Below, one piece after another: positions 27,267-40,058 of a stretch of DNA of 64,000 bases. Below the pieces are notes generated by a model. It did not search any database and was not told the origin of the DNA. It saw only the letters and a list, made by a program, of their open reading frames with translations. The DNA comes from Phoronis australis (lineage: Eukaryota > Animalia > Phoronida): the NCBI GenBank assembly GCA_002633005.1, contig NMRA01000074.1, forward strand, positions 835,097 to 899,096, read 5' to 3'. Position 1 is the first letter of the stretch; every line of letters starts with the position of its first letter. Position numbers and translations under genes: made by a program.

Positions 27267-28228
27267 CTAGAGGTAAAANGATTGGTTGAAACTTGCCACA
27301 AATAGGCCAGCTGTAAACATGATGCAATCTACCCACAACCAGTCCTTTATAATAGGGCTGACTGTGTCACAAGAGGTATTGCATTTTTAGTGAATAGAAG
27401 GTATCTGCTGTTATTTGCAGAATTACTTTAAATTTGTCACCAACTATATCACTTTAATTCAGCCCACCTAAAGATCCACCAACAAAAATAAAACATGTGC
27501 AGCGCCAATGCGACCTCCAATTGTATTTGGCAACCTGGGATTTTTGTGTTGACTTCCAAACTTTAAATTGCCGACAGTTTTTCTAGATTGGATACCTTTG
27601 GTTCACAATTGATTTTTTTCGTGAAATCAGTGCATTTGCAGTTAGCACACACATTTAACATGACGTTGTTTAAATTACAACAGGAAGTAAACACACGGAA
27701 GTCAGTCAGGCAAGATCAGAACACATCCCACAAGTAGTGCATGTCATCGCGAGGTACGCTTATGCTGCTGAGAATAGAGTGCGGTACGAAATTATTTTTT
27801 TTTAGTTAACGATATCATCATCCGATTTTACAACCGCCGATTTCACATTTCACTTGGCAACGTGGGATTTTCAATTTTGGTGACCTCAGATTTCGTTTGG
27901 CGACCTGGCATTTTCGTCATGTCGCCAAATGCGATTTGGCATGAAGCTTAACATCAAGCACTGTCTAAGGTACAAGAGAAAATAAGAAAAAAAAAAGTTA
28001 TGGACCCGTTTGAGATTAAACAAATTTTTTGTTCCGAATGTTAGAGAGATTATGCCAACATTTTACAAGACACTGTTTTTAAGCTTGGGCCGTTGGACAT
28101 TTACGTTTGAAATATTTGCAAAAGTAGTGATACTAGACAACTAGAACATAGGCATCACATAGTTAACTTGAAGAAATCCTTGGACAACATCCCAGTGTTA
28201 TCGATAGTCTTGAGTGACCCACACTTAC

Positions 28229-28357
28229 TTGGCATCATCACCATTCATAGGCTCGACATTTCTGAACAGAAAGCGGTTGACTGGAATGTCCGGGATTTCC
28301 TCAGGACGAACCGTGGAGAAAAATTCAGGTTCCTTGGGTTTGGTTTCGTCCTCAGCA
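28229..28357 (-). CDS. PPIG: PPIG-like cyclophilin exon with EEIPDIPVNRFLFR motif
   Basis: VRPEEIPDIPVNRFLFR corresponds to the EEIPPxPENRFL motif of PPIG/NKTR. Phase 2-2. Confidence 0.92.
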
Positions 28358-28859
28358 CTAGAGGTAAAAATATACATACTGTGAAATAAAGTCTTGATAT
28401 CATTCTTAATTATTAATACTAACCTTGGCAATACAAAAAATGAATCTGAATGAATTAGCCAACGATGGCGCAATATATGTCGAGTTCACATAGCGCGCTC
28501 GTCAATAAAGCACACAAGCACTACCCAATGCCCTCTGGTTAAAAACAAGAAAATGTAAGCTTTATCCCCAGCAACCATGCTTTGATTAATAAAATATGAT
28601 TAATATTTTTATTGACAATAAATACTGATTTTTTTTACTTAAATCAAGATTTTCTTCATTTACTGGCGATGCTTGTTGCCAGATCACACCAAGTTCAAAC
28701 TCACAATTTTTTAATCCAGAGGGGACCTTTGTCACCTTACAGTTTCAATAATTGCCATGAATTCCACATCCAATTGATTTCAATACATACAATTATACTA
28801 CTTTCAAAAAAGTTTACAGATATTTTCAAAATTTGTCCAATTCTACCTAAGAAACCTAC

Positions 28860-29049
28860 CCTTGACTCTTTTTACTACCATTTTTCTTGTCCAGTCTTGC
28901 CTTTTTCTTAGAGGTCTTTTCTTTTTTCTTCCGTTTCCGTTTCTTGCGACCTTCCGACTCAGAATCAGAGCTACTACCGGATTCTGACTCCGATGACGAT
29001 TCACTCTCACTACTGGCGGACACTTGTTTGACTCTCTTTACTTTCTTAG
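28860..29049 (-). CDS. PPIG: PPIG-like cyclophilin exon (S/E-rich and K/R-rich moca-type segment)
   Basis: KKVKRVKQVSASSESESSSESESGSSSDSESEGRKKRKRKKKEK. Splice sites ccacag and gtaggt, phase 1-2. Confidence 0.9.
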
Positions 29050-29979
29050 CTGTGGTAAGAAGACGTCTTAATTACCTTAGTTACAAAACTCAGCACGGCA
29101 GCCTCAAGGTTCACAATAAAGTCTTGAGCGTTTTATACTTTTACCATAATACAGCCCACGTAAACATACTTTGCTTCACACCAGGAACACAAGATCTCCC
29201 CATTTTCAACATTGGTGGCACGCAAGCGGCTAATAAATTTCTTTTAAAGCAAAAAATGTCACCAAAACCAATTTGATCATCGACATCATGCACCTAAGGT
29301 ATCAACTAGAGCTGGATCGTGCTTCGCCAAACAGTAGTTTTTTAAGTAAACTGGGCAACATCATAATTTACCAAAGTTTTGACACACACAACCACAGCCA
29401 AATAATCCATTTCTTTTTTTATTAAAATCCATTTCAATACTGGCTATATCTTGACAAAATCTGGGATGGTATTAGCTCAAACCCACTTCGTCACAATCGC
29501 GACAACATACAGTGCAAGGCCTTTCAAAAATAAAAAAATGAGCAGCTAGGCAAAACAACGTCGAGTTAAACATCAACGACAACAATGATACTTTATTGCA
29601 ACAAAAAGTCGACTAAACTGCCAAATAATTCAGGCAAGAGGTAGGCCATAGTTCGGCTTCATCTGCGCGAGTTTTTTCGAAGAATGCCCAGTTTATTTTG
29701 AAAACTATCAGTAGATTTTAGGGACAAGCATTAGCAGAAAACGGAGCAATGCTGCAACCGCTTCTAAGTATATCACTGTCACAAAATGCTTTTCGTAATG
29801 AAAAAAGCATATTTTGTAATTAATATGCAAATAATACAATAACTAGACCAGCTCACACACTTTTGACCAGAATTCTGCCGAACAAGATTACATTTTCACT
29901 TCTGTGCACAATACTGCAATTACATCATGATAATGAAACAATGAATAACCTAGGAATTAACTCCTCTTGGCATTCTTAC

Positions 29980-30125
29980 CCTTGGCTTTGATCTGAGGAA
30001 CCAGTTCCCCACAGTTAGTAACAAGCACCTCATTGACGGGGCAGCTTTTGTTGTCCGTAGTCTGATTTTCTATCTCCGTCACCACATCAAATCCTTGTAA
30101 CACGTGACCAAATACGCAGTGTTTC
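29980..30125 (-). CDS. PPIG: PPIG-like cyclophilin domain, exon 5
   Basis: KHCVFGHVLQGFDVVTEIENQTTDNKSCPVNEVLVTNCGEL, the C-terminal part of the cyclophilin domain. Confidence 0.95.
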
Positions 30126-30862
30126 CTAAAAACATACACCATAATAATAATAACAATAAATTAATATTAAAACTAACAAGATATGCAGGAATAAAGCCAA
30201 CATTCGCAGAGAGCACTTGTTAAATTAAATCTTAGAACAGTGCATGTGTCTCAGGTCAAGCAGTTGCAGTCTAAACTAAGCAGACTTTGGCGGAGCTCTC
30301 TTGCAAACTTTCTAAACGTTGACAAACTTCATGCCAAACTTATTTAGCAACAAAGAGGCACTTTAGTTTCAATGAACCAGCGCAATAGCTTAAACAGAAT
30401 TGCCTAATTGGGCATAGCAGCTAGTAGTCAGTGAAGACAAAACGTTACATTAAGTCCTACTAATAAGGATTTAGGTGACACATAAGCGGGACAAATTTAA
30501 CACTGAAATAATACAAGTGTCTGTGAGTAACTGCTCTTCCTTGTAAACCTTTCTGAGAAAGTGTGCACATGTATTAAGTAGTAAAAGTTAGTTAATGTAA
30601 GCAGTTACACTAGCAACTGCACAGATGTGTATTGTGTCTTCCAACTTATACACTCACTACTGCTTGGAAGTTATTAGTCTTAAAGGGGAAAGCAACCAGA
30701 TTTCAAGTTGCTTTTATTAAACTACGAACACCACACCAATACATCATAGACTGATAGTACATGGACCGCCAACTACGTATTAGTATATTTTCAATGGACA
30801 AAATCTATGTTCTTACGTATAAGCTGTGACCTCATTATTCACTAGCAACACCTGTCAAACTA

Positions 30863-31367
30863 CAGGGCTTGGAATGACCAATGACAAAAAACGCGAAAAC
30901 TTTTACGGCCCAAAACATGCGCGCTACCCAGCCTTAAAATAGTGATGTGAACCTTTCGCCGACAAAAATCAGGACTAAAAAAAAAGAAACATAACCACCA
31001 TCAGTAGCATGCGTCTGCGTCTTTATCTCGTCCGTCCACTCCCCCACTCCCACCCCCACACATTTTTGGCTAAAGAGCCGTAGTATTTGTCACCGCGGTT
31101 TACAATCACACGAGACGCCATTGAAAATCCCACCACGCTATCCCAGATGCCCCGGCAATGTTGACAATTTACGTTCCTCCGAAACATAAAGAGCAACTTC
31201 CGCTTTTCAAGGTGAACGTCGTCGGCAACGCCGCGGTTAGAAAGGAATTTGCCGCGGAAATTTTATATCAAATCCGATTTTTTTTACGCGGAAACATAAT
31301 AAAATGCGTGGACAGGACATTTGAAAAAAGCGGAAATCCGCGTTTCCACGTAAAATTCCAAGCCTTG
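30863..31367. mobile_element. hAT-like non-autonomous element
   Basis: Terminal inverted repeats cagggcttggaat and attccaagccttg. Both flanks share aaacta, a degenerate TSD. Confidence 0.55.
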
Positions 31368-32029
31368 AAACTAGCAAGTTTTACTTCCGGCTAGTACATC
31401 GTCTGCTAATCTTGGTTGGCTGCTGTGTGGTTGGGTGCCAAAAGTACTCTGTCTCACAATACCAATACTTCGTTTACTGGAAGACTTTGAACAGCGTTTC
31501 AATACCGAAATTATTTTTTTTTCATTGTACTGGAAGTAAAATAGGTGCAAGAATTTCCCGTCACAATACACTAACCGGAACCTGTAATTTAGGAGGGTGG
31601 TGCCTCCTCTAGGATTTACGCAGGAAAATGTCGGAGTTGCGAATCTGTTGTTTATAATCTATGAATACAGTTTTTAAAAGTCTTCGTCTAGCAAATTCTG
31701 ACAGTAAACAAAAGACTACCATCAGACGAGATGACATCATCTTGAAGGTTTGACGTCACCAACAAAGCAGTCAGAGGCCCAGAAGTAAACATGTTTGTGT
31801 GAAATTAGCTAACAGATTGTGTTATAATATTGTGTCTATTAGATATGTACATGAAAAAAGCACTCAGTCTGAAATGGAGCACTTTGCCCCAAATCACAAT
31901 TCAGTGCCAGTTAAAAAAAAAATAGTCCACTAAATGTAAATTGCAAAATGGGTGAATATATCATTTTTTCGCAAGGCTTGAAGTGGATTCCAACAAAGCT
32001 CATCAACAATATCAGACACAGGCACTTAC

Positions 32030-32059
32030 CCATCCAGATGAGGTGCTGGCTTGGTTGTT
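32030..32059 (-). CDS. PPIG: PPIG-like cyclophilin domain, 30-nt exon 4
   Basis: (I)TTKPAPHLDG. Splice sites ttgcag and gtaagt, phase 2-2. Confidence 0.93.
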
Positions 32060-32196
32060 CTGCAAAATAATGACAAAAAATAATGAATGCTCCCAGTGAG
32101 CAAGTTTAACAATGCCAAGATCATTTTGCCTTTGACTGTCATGAAATTGTTTACCTAGTTAAATTTTGTTGAGTTTCACTACAACATTCAGATGTT

Positions 32197-33567
32197 TAAG
32201 GTTATGTAAGACTTAATTATCACAATCGTAAAGCTATTATGATTGTGAAACGAACTAAGGGGGTTCAGGGACTATGCACCAGACACACTATTATCGCTGG
32301 TACTGTTTCTGTCCTCAAAAGGGGCGGAAAATGAAATCGAATGTCTTAATTGTTCTGGCTGCTCGTATCTTAAAGCGGTCGGAGTTAAGTACAATAAAGA
32401 GTAATCGAGTGGAAATACTTAAGGATTTCTGACCTTCCAAAGTTGCCTGTCTGCCAACTCTTGATGGTCCATCACGACAATATAATGTCATGGCTGTGTA
32501 TTTAGTCAAATATCTACACAAGAGCAACATGTAGTGTTGAAATTCGCCAACGAATGTACTGCAAACAGTGTGCGTCAACAGGTGTTTACTTGTATCATAA
32601 AAATGGCAATTAGATGGCACATCGGCAATAGGGGGCACAGCGGTAGTCTGTTCCATCCAAATGCCATCGTTGTCCGTTGTCAACTTCACAAAAATACACT
32701 TGCCAAAATTAAAAAAGATCAAGCCGAGGATATGAGAGACACAATAGATGAAAAACGGTGCCACTAGGAGGTGCCACGGTAGTCAAAGTGGTCCGAAAAT
32801 TATATGCAGCCATACTTTTCACAGTAGAAACATAACGCCAATCCTCATCCTTACAGTGGTTTGGTTGAATGAGGAGCAGATGCCAACAACAGACTAGAAA
32901 ACAGTAAAAATGGCCATTACATGGCGCAAAATACACCAAATCCATCCGAAAAAGGCAAAATCAATTGAGGACCATCCCTTAAAAAAAATCGGTAGTTGGA
33001 TCCCTCCAAAATTTGCCATCTTCATAGGAACACATTTGCCAAATCTCATCAAGATCTTGCGAGGGATTTAGGAGACATACCTGCAGACGCTGGATGCCCA
33101 GACAGAGATGACGGCAATGTGAACCCACATATAAATATGTAGGTGCATAAAAAGTAGAATGCCTGTAGAGTTTGACTTTTAACTTTAGACCAATCTGTAA
33201 TTATTTGGGTCACACGATCGGGTCTTTTTAGTAAACTTCAGCAAATAAAGTAACTATTTGTTTTACATTTTGTAGCAAACAGTGGCAATAAAAACATCAT
33301 TTGATGGCTGAATTTCATAAGATATAAATGTTCAAGATAAAATTGCAAAAACACTGTTGACAGTATTCTACTTGCAAGAAAAATCAAAAAAGTATTATTT
33401 GTCATACCCCTGATGCAAAAATGGAACATTTTAAATACAGTTCATTTTATAGAGTGTATAAAACATTGAATCTGAAAATTTCATACAAATCTGATCAGCC
33501 ATTTCTGAGATATGACATTTGGAAACTAGCCAAATTTCAACATTTTTCTAGGGTCTTAAATAGCCTA
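32197..33567. mobile_element. Kolobok-like (TTAA-flanked) DNA element with a nested HINE copy
   Basis: Left end ttaaggttatgtaagac and right end gtcttaaatagcctaaa form an imperfect TIR pair. The right end is also present at about 12055. Confidence 0.45.
32518..33153 (-). mobile_element. DINE-1/HINE-like element, short complete copy
   Basis: Head cccacatataaatatgtaggtgcataaaaa at 33125-33153. Tail acaagagcaacatgtagtgttgaa at 32518-32541 is the reverse complement of the 3' stem-loop end. Confidence 0.8.
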
Positions 33568-33655
33568 AACTCAGCATTAGGGCTATTTCATTATTAATAA
33601 AGTACAGAGAAATCAATGAGGGAGGTTGTTTTCACATTCTGGCCAGTTTACATAC

Positions 33656-33743
33656 ATGAAAAACTGCGACCCGTTGGTGTCCTTGCCACGGTTCGCCATG
33701 GAGAGTAAGAACTTCCTGTCATGTTTGATGTTAAAATTCTCAT
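33656..33743 (-). CDS. PPIG: PPIG-like cyclophilin domain, exon 3
   Basis: [29 protein letters not shown]. The [17 protein letters not shown] string is typical of PPIG/NKTR. Confidence 0.97.
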
Positions 33744-34981
33744 CTGCAACAGAGCAAAGGACATACAAACAAATGGAGCAGTATCAAAACAAGGAGTATG
33801 TTAAATAACACGATACTTACAAGAAACATTTCTCAAGAAATCCAAGCTGGCGCAACGGAAAAAGCCGGATTGCTGAGACACGTCAATCACATATTGTTCA
33901 CTCAATAAATTCATTGGACTAGGGTTTTGTCAAATTGCAGACCGAATACCACCGAAACTGCTTTCAAGTATTCCGCAAAAGAGATTTGGATATTTTTTCA
34001 GAAAAGCTACAAATTTTACTAGAGAGACACGATGCAGATTTGTCAGAAATCTTTCAAAATTTAATGGAGAGACACGATGCTTAAAGCAGGCTATTACAGT
34101 AATTTTCCAATTGTTTCGCACAAAAATAATTGCTAAATTGTCTTTTTCCCATTATTCAAAGGCTGGTTACTTTATGGCAAATACTGGAAAATTTCCCAAA
34201 ACTTGTTTCACCACATCTAGACAAAACATGCTAGCAATAGGCTAAAATTAATTAAACAACTAAATACAGGTACATTCTAGAGCTATCATTCACAATTATA
34301 ATGCTCAGAGCCCAGATCAGCATAATTATGAAAGTACAACTGAAACAAGCTGACAATGTGTGACATCATCAGCCTTAGACTGAGCATTACGTGGGTCACA
34401 ATTTTCCCCTAAAACCGAGCAATCTATTACTACCCTTTAACGGCGGTCGCGAGTTTTGAAATGTCTTTCAGTGCTTTCCCTTAATGACGCAGATGGCAAT
34501 GGAACGAAAATACTCAGCACTGGTGCCGCATGTGAAAGTACCTTTGAAAAACTCTAAGTTACCCCTGATGATCCGATCTGGGCAAGGCTGAGAGACATTT
34601 CACAAAATAATGTGTAAATAACACTACAAAAGAACACTGCCTTGAAGACAGCATCGTAAACCCCACGCAGCACTAAGTAAGTCAAGCCAAAATTACGGTC
34701 AACTTTAATGTCAAACCAATCAATGGACTCAATTTGGTCTATAATTTTACTGTCCACAATTGGATGCCTAACCTGTCATATGAAAAAGAAAAAGAAATAA
34801 CACAAAGGTTTCCACCTGAAATACGAGTGCAAACAATCATGCTTATGAAAAATGGCACTGTAGGGAACTTAAAGACACTGGCAAGATCTTTTCCCGTAAA
34901 ACAATTTTAACCGGAAAAAGCAAAAATAACTCAGCCTATTGTGTTCATTTACTGAACTTACTCAGCACTTGATTAACGCAC

Positions 34982-35134
34982 CTTGGAATGTTCCACCATA
35001 GATAGATTCACCTCCGGTCCCATTCCCATTGACAAAGTCACCAGACTGTACCATGAAATTCTTGACGACGCGGTGAAACGGCACCCCTTGGTAGTGCAGT
35101 GGTTTTCCCGTTGTTTTACCGTCCCCCTTTTCAC
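34982..35134 (-). CDS. PPIG: PPIG-like cyclophilin domain, exon 2
   Basis: [51 protein letters not shown]. Phase 1-1. Confidence 0.97.
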
Positions 35135-35622
35135 CTGTGTGTTGGGAAAAATCAAAACAAAACAGTTTGACAACAATTTAGTCTTACTGTGTCAAAGAAC
35201 TCAAGTCAGACTGATTAGGTTTGAATAGATAACTTGGAAAATTAAATGTAGACAGAACTCTTGTGGCTGGCAATTAGTACACGAATGTGTACGTTAAAAA
35301 GTCACTCTTGAAACTGAAATATGACAAGTATATGAAGCAGTTAATTAAAAAATGAACCATTTTGTGCACTCTGACAAAAGACCCCATCAGCTGTGCTAAC
35401 TATTAAATTCTACTTGGAGCATGCAACTGGTGCAGTTTTACCACAATATTGTTTCACTGGTAACCCGTATACTGTGGTCAGCTGATTTCAAAACTGAAGC
35501 CAGCTGCTTAATAAAAGTGCCATTGACCCTTCAATTCCAAAGCTGACACAAATGGTGACACTTCATCAGACGCTGCTTGTAATATCACTTTCTTGATCGC
35601 AGCTCGGGAACAGGCAGCCTAC

Positions 35623-35761
35623 CTGTACATAAAGCTCGAAAGTTCTCGCACGTGATTGGGCAGGTGTCCGAGAACAGTTCCATAACGATTCTCCCTACCG
35701 CCTGACCACTGATGGATATGTCGAAGAAACATCGAGGACGATACTTGCCAACCAATGCCAT
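35623..35761 (-). CDS. PPIG: PPIG-like cyclophilin, first coding exon
   Basis: [46 protein letters not shown], with the RPRCFFDI N-terminus of PPIG. An acceptor 7 nt upstream of the ATG implies a non-coding upstream exon. Confidence 0.96.
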
Positions 35762-36799
35762 ACTTATGCTAGAACGGCAAAAGACAGAACAAATTACATA
35801 GTGATGATGTCACACTCATCATACATTGCCTTGATTAGTTTGCAAAATGTGAATGAACTTCATGTTTCAGTTTGAAAGACAAAAAGTGTATAAAGAGGAT
35901 TTGTTAGCCGAATCGGAAAAAAGGTGAACCATAACCTGTTTTAAGTTCTGTTTACTAGCATTCGGGGTTTGGAATGATCAAGGACAAAAAAGAGGAAAAA
36001 TTTTCAGGTGATGTATCATTCCTCAATAGACCTGCGTGATAGACATAAACGTTTTTGCATGAATGAAGTCAAAATAATGATAAAAAGAGACAAAAAAGGA
36101 AACTGGAAAAAGGAAATTGAAACCACAAAAGAGGAAGTCACAAACAAAACATCTTAAAAGCTACCTTTCTCCAGAGATTTGAGTTTCCAGGAGTGGAGAA
36201 CACTTATCACAACTAGGTACAGTAATCAACATAAACTGGACAATGTCAAAATTTGACTAAGTTTAGAAGTAGAAAATCGCGATTAAATATCCATTACTTT
36301 TCAAGTTAAGAAATGCCATAGACAGTAATTGATCTGCACTACCACTAATCTCTCTAGAGACAAATGACTCAGATGTGCCACCTCTTCCCGGAAATGGGAG
36401 CTTGATTCAACATCGTTAAACGTACTTGCAAAACTAGAATTTACTCTACAAAGAAAACTACAGTTATTCTCAAACGTCGAAATAAGGCTAATAAGCTCCT
36501 GTGCTCATGCCTTCAGCTTGGCTGAGAGCTGGATGACCTCCCCCATAGCCCTCTGTGCATTTCTGTTTGACCAGAAACACATTTTCATTGAATGTAATGG
36601 CGCCCAGCCTTCAATTTGGATGACAAAATGAAGGACTATTCATTTAATTTGAAGACTCTAACTGTCCCAGAGCCAAAGGTTCCATCTACACTCAAAAAGT
36701 ACACATTGACATATCAGGAAAATGTAGTATCAAGTATGTAAATGAATGTATTCAAATTGCAAATAATTACCAAGTTTTCTGACTGATATGGTTACACAT

Positions 36800-37458
36800 A
36801 GTGTAGCTAATTATCGGACGGACCCTAAATATCGGACACTACATAAAATCTTACTTGAACCATAATCTGAGAAACAAATGACCAATATTTGTTGCACTGT
36901 AATGCATTCAATGTTCGGCACTGTCTCGTTTTTTTATAGCATTGCCTTGTTTTGATTTCACAGAGAGTGTGCCATTTAGACCCACAAGTCGGCCAAAAAT
37001 GGACGATCGCAAAAATCGGTTTTAAAAGTTGGTAAACAAAATCTTTTTCCACAATGAAAACATGTCAATGAACTGAAATTACGCCACTGCTTCATTTTTT
37101 ATTTGTCATTTCAAGTCTCACCCCTGCCGCGCACGTGCATGTCATATCAAGAAGGTAACTGAAGTGAGGTTGCACGTGCTTGTCATATCAAGAAGGTAAC
37201 TGAAGTGAGGTTGCACGTGCTTTAGTCGTCTACACTGATTCATCAAAACAACTTGGTGCTGTCATCATATTACATAAATTATAGATAATTTTGTTGGGAA
37301 CGGAGCTGTGTTTGAGCAGCCAACCTATCAAAAGACTTTAAGCTGCAATTTGGCGACAAGGTGCCAGCAGCCATTACTTGGTTAGTCAGTTTTCCGCAGT
37401 GAGGAGTATGCGGAAACACCATGTCCGATATTAAGGTTCTCCGAAGAATTGCTAGTTG
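36800..37458. mobile_element. TIR-bounded MITE (Tc1/pogo-like ends)
   Basis: tagctaattatcggacggaccctaaatatcggaca pairs with tgtccgatattaaggttctccgaagaattgcta. Confidence 0.6.
37131..37220. repeat. 41-bp tandem repeat, about 2.2 copies
   Basis: gcacgtgc(a/t)tgtcatatcaagaaggtaactgaagtgaggtt occurs twice, followed by gcacgtgc. Confidence 0.9.
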
Positions 37459-37574
37459 TGTTTTTTAATGATCAGTCAGAGCATATGTGACTTTCAGTGA
37501 CAAGATATGTTAACAAAACAATTCCGTAAGTTAAGTCTTTGTTTCAGTAGATCTTCATCTGAGGACTCGACTAA

Positions 37575-38097
37575 GAAGCTCCTATAAGCGCTTCATAAGC
37601 CAGAACATTTTCGGCAAATCATGCCTTGCACTGACTAAAACATCAATGCTACGTTGTTATAAATACCTTTTGCCCATCGAGGGACACCTTAGGAGGCCGT
37701 CGATGTATTTAACCCCATCCAAGTCGAACAAATACTCCTGCTATCAAACTTTTTCTTCAAACAGTCCTTGTTCAGTCTCCAAAATTGACAACTAATCACC
37801 ATTTTTAACACTGTGCATGCCAGGGGATACGAAGTCATACCACCAGATGCGCGCAGTGTTAAAAATGGTGAGTTACCGATTTTGGGAACTGAACGAAGGA
37901 CTGGTCGAAGAAAAAGTTTGAGAACGGGAGCATTTGTTAGAGTTGGAAGGAATTAAATACATCAACGGCCTCTAAGGTGTCCCCTTGTGAGTAAAAGGTA
38001 TTTATAACTATGTGACTTTGATGTTTTGTTTTAGTCAGTGCAAGGCACAATTCGCCAAAAAGCTTCCGGCGTATGAGGCGCCTAGTATAGGAGCTCC
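37575..38097. mobile_element. Fold-back (palindromic) MITE, copy 1
   Basis: Arms pair along their length, for example gccttgcactgactaaaac / gttttagtcagtgcaaggc and caccatttttaacactg / cagtgttaaaaatggtg. Centre near 37835. Confidence 0.85.
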
Positions 38098-38189
38098 AAC
38101 GTCCTACGCGCCAGTAAGACGGTGGTCAGTGTCTAGTCCAGTACTCGCTTGCAGACTAGTGCAGTGCAGCAGTGGAACTTGCCTACCGC

Positions 38190-38510
38190 TAATGTCTCAC
38201 TAAAAAGCAAGACTGCGAGATTATGTGACAAACTGAGATACTGCCGTGTATTTTAAACGAGAACGCGCGTATGTCCCAGCGTTACTGAACGCACGCTTGG
38301 TTTCAAATCGGCCCAGTATAAAGCGCTTACAGTTAGTTGAGCTCGTTATTCTGGATCCCCAGTACTTAGCTTCCGAACAATTTGGTCGATCAACCTTTCT
38401 TATCATCCACGTTGGGCTCTTAGGACAGAGGATCAGGGTTATTAGTTGCAACTTTCAGCAACACGTCCCACGGCATTAACGGCGTGAAATGGAATCGGCA
38501 GTTGCAGGTA
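38190..38510. promoter_or_regulatory. Putative bidirectional promoter and first non-coding exons of PPIG (-) and caspase-8 (+)
   Basis: Lies between two divergently oriented genes and is locally CpG-rich. Strong plus-strand donor cag|gtaagg at 38507 and a candidate minus-strand donor gtaggc near 38187. Confidence 0.5.
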
Positions 38511-39568
38511 AGGAGAGGTATGGCTCATAACATCATTTGAAAACGTTGTGTAAAATATCCCCAGAAAATGAAAATCACTCTTTCCCACTGATACACATGC
38601 TGTTCAAATAAAATTCTAAAATCAAAATAAATTACTATCAATAATTCAATTTTCACACACGGAATATTATCCCCTTGGTGTAATAATCGACTCAATCCGT
38701 TTTTACTCTCAAACCTTAGCCAAAGTTTTCAGAGTTCGTTTTTCAAAAATATATATATATATATATTATGGAGTAATATTTTTAAAATGCTTAGAAATAT
38801 CAAATTGGGTAACAAAGACGGTATGCATACTACAATGGCTAATCTCATAAGACGATTTCTGCGCGAAAAGTATGAAATCTACTTTGTCCCTACAGATGGC
38901 AGTGTTTTACGGGAATTTCCCGGAAATTCTGGTTAGTTTTGATAAAATTCCCGTGATTTCTTACATTTTATTGACATTGTCACAGTTTCTTTCATGTTCC
39001 TTCCATCTTATTCCGATCAGGCAACGATTACTGAATGCAAAGGCGGCCTGGTGCGGAACTTCATCATGGCATAGTGTCATCGCTGCAGTGGAAGACTTGC
39101 CTTTAGACTAGAGTCTCGACCAACGCCGAAAATCGACAACTGTGGACACTACTCCGTCAACTGATCACCATACATTTGAAGGACAACCTCGGACTTGAGA
39201 TTAACTTAAGAATTAACGGAGTTTGACTTAGACACTTAGACTTAGAGTACAGCTCACCTAGATGAGATGGGTAGTCCTCGAGCGAGTTTAAAGTAGTATA
39301 GTTATGACGACAGACAGTCAGAGAAATTTGTTCACTGTTCAGGTAACTGGGTTAAAATCAATGCAAAATTAGTCTCATGCCTACATTCTATACCCTCTAT
39401 TCAAGCATGTCATCCTATAATGTTTTTGTATCGGTTATTTACAATACCTGCCTGAAAATCTCGACATAAGCGATGACTTTCTTGACCTCTTTGAATAGTA
39501 CGACTTATCCTAATGAATGCTGAACGCAACTAGACGGTGCAGCTCCAACTGGCTTAGTAGAGATGATG

Positions 39569-40058
39569 TATCTCCTATAGGAAACTTTTTGATGATTTAT
39601 GCCTCACATTGATTAAAGAAGTCACGTTGTTACCTTTTTTATATTGTACGGGACATCTTAGAAGGCCGTCGATGTCTAAACCCTTCCAACTCAAACAAGT
39701 ACTCCTGTTATCAATTTTTTTTTTCGAGCACTGATGTGCATTCCTTCGTTCAGTTCCCAAAATCGGACTCCGCAAATTTTTAACTCTGCACGCTGCTGGT
39801 GGTATGACGCCATATCCCCTGACATGAGCAACTTGTAAAAGTGGCTATGTACCGATTTTGGGAACTGAACAAGGTACTGCTCGAAGAAAAAGTTTGGTAA
39901 TGGCAGTATTTTTTTGAGTTAGAAGTAATTAAAGGCATGAACGACCTCCTTAGGTGACCCTCTACGCGCAACAAGAATAACATGTTTTTGATGTTTTAGC
40001 TGGCGTGAGCCATAATTTGCCAAAAGCTTCCGGCGTATGAAGCTTCTATAGGAGCTAC
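39569..40058. mobile_element. Fold-back (palindromic) MITE, copy 2
   Basis: Shares accgattttgggaactgaac, gaagaaaaagtttg and gccaaaagcttccggcgtatga...tataggagct with 37575-38097. Confidence 0.85.

Noticed and set aside
28887-29276. Plus-strand ORFs overlapping PPIG exons (also 34983, 33626, 25090, 21093)
   Set aside because: Antisense to well-supported minus-strand exons, with no independent protein features.
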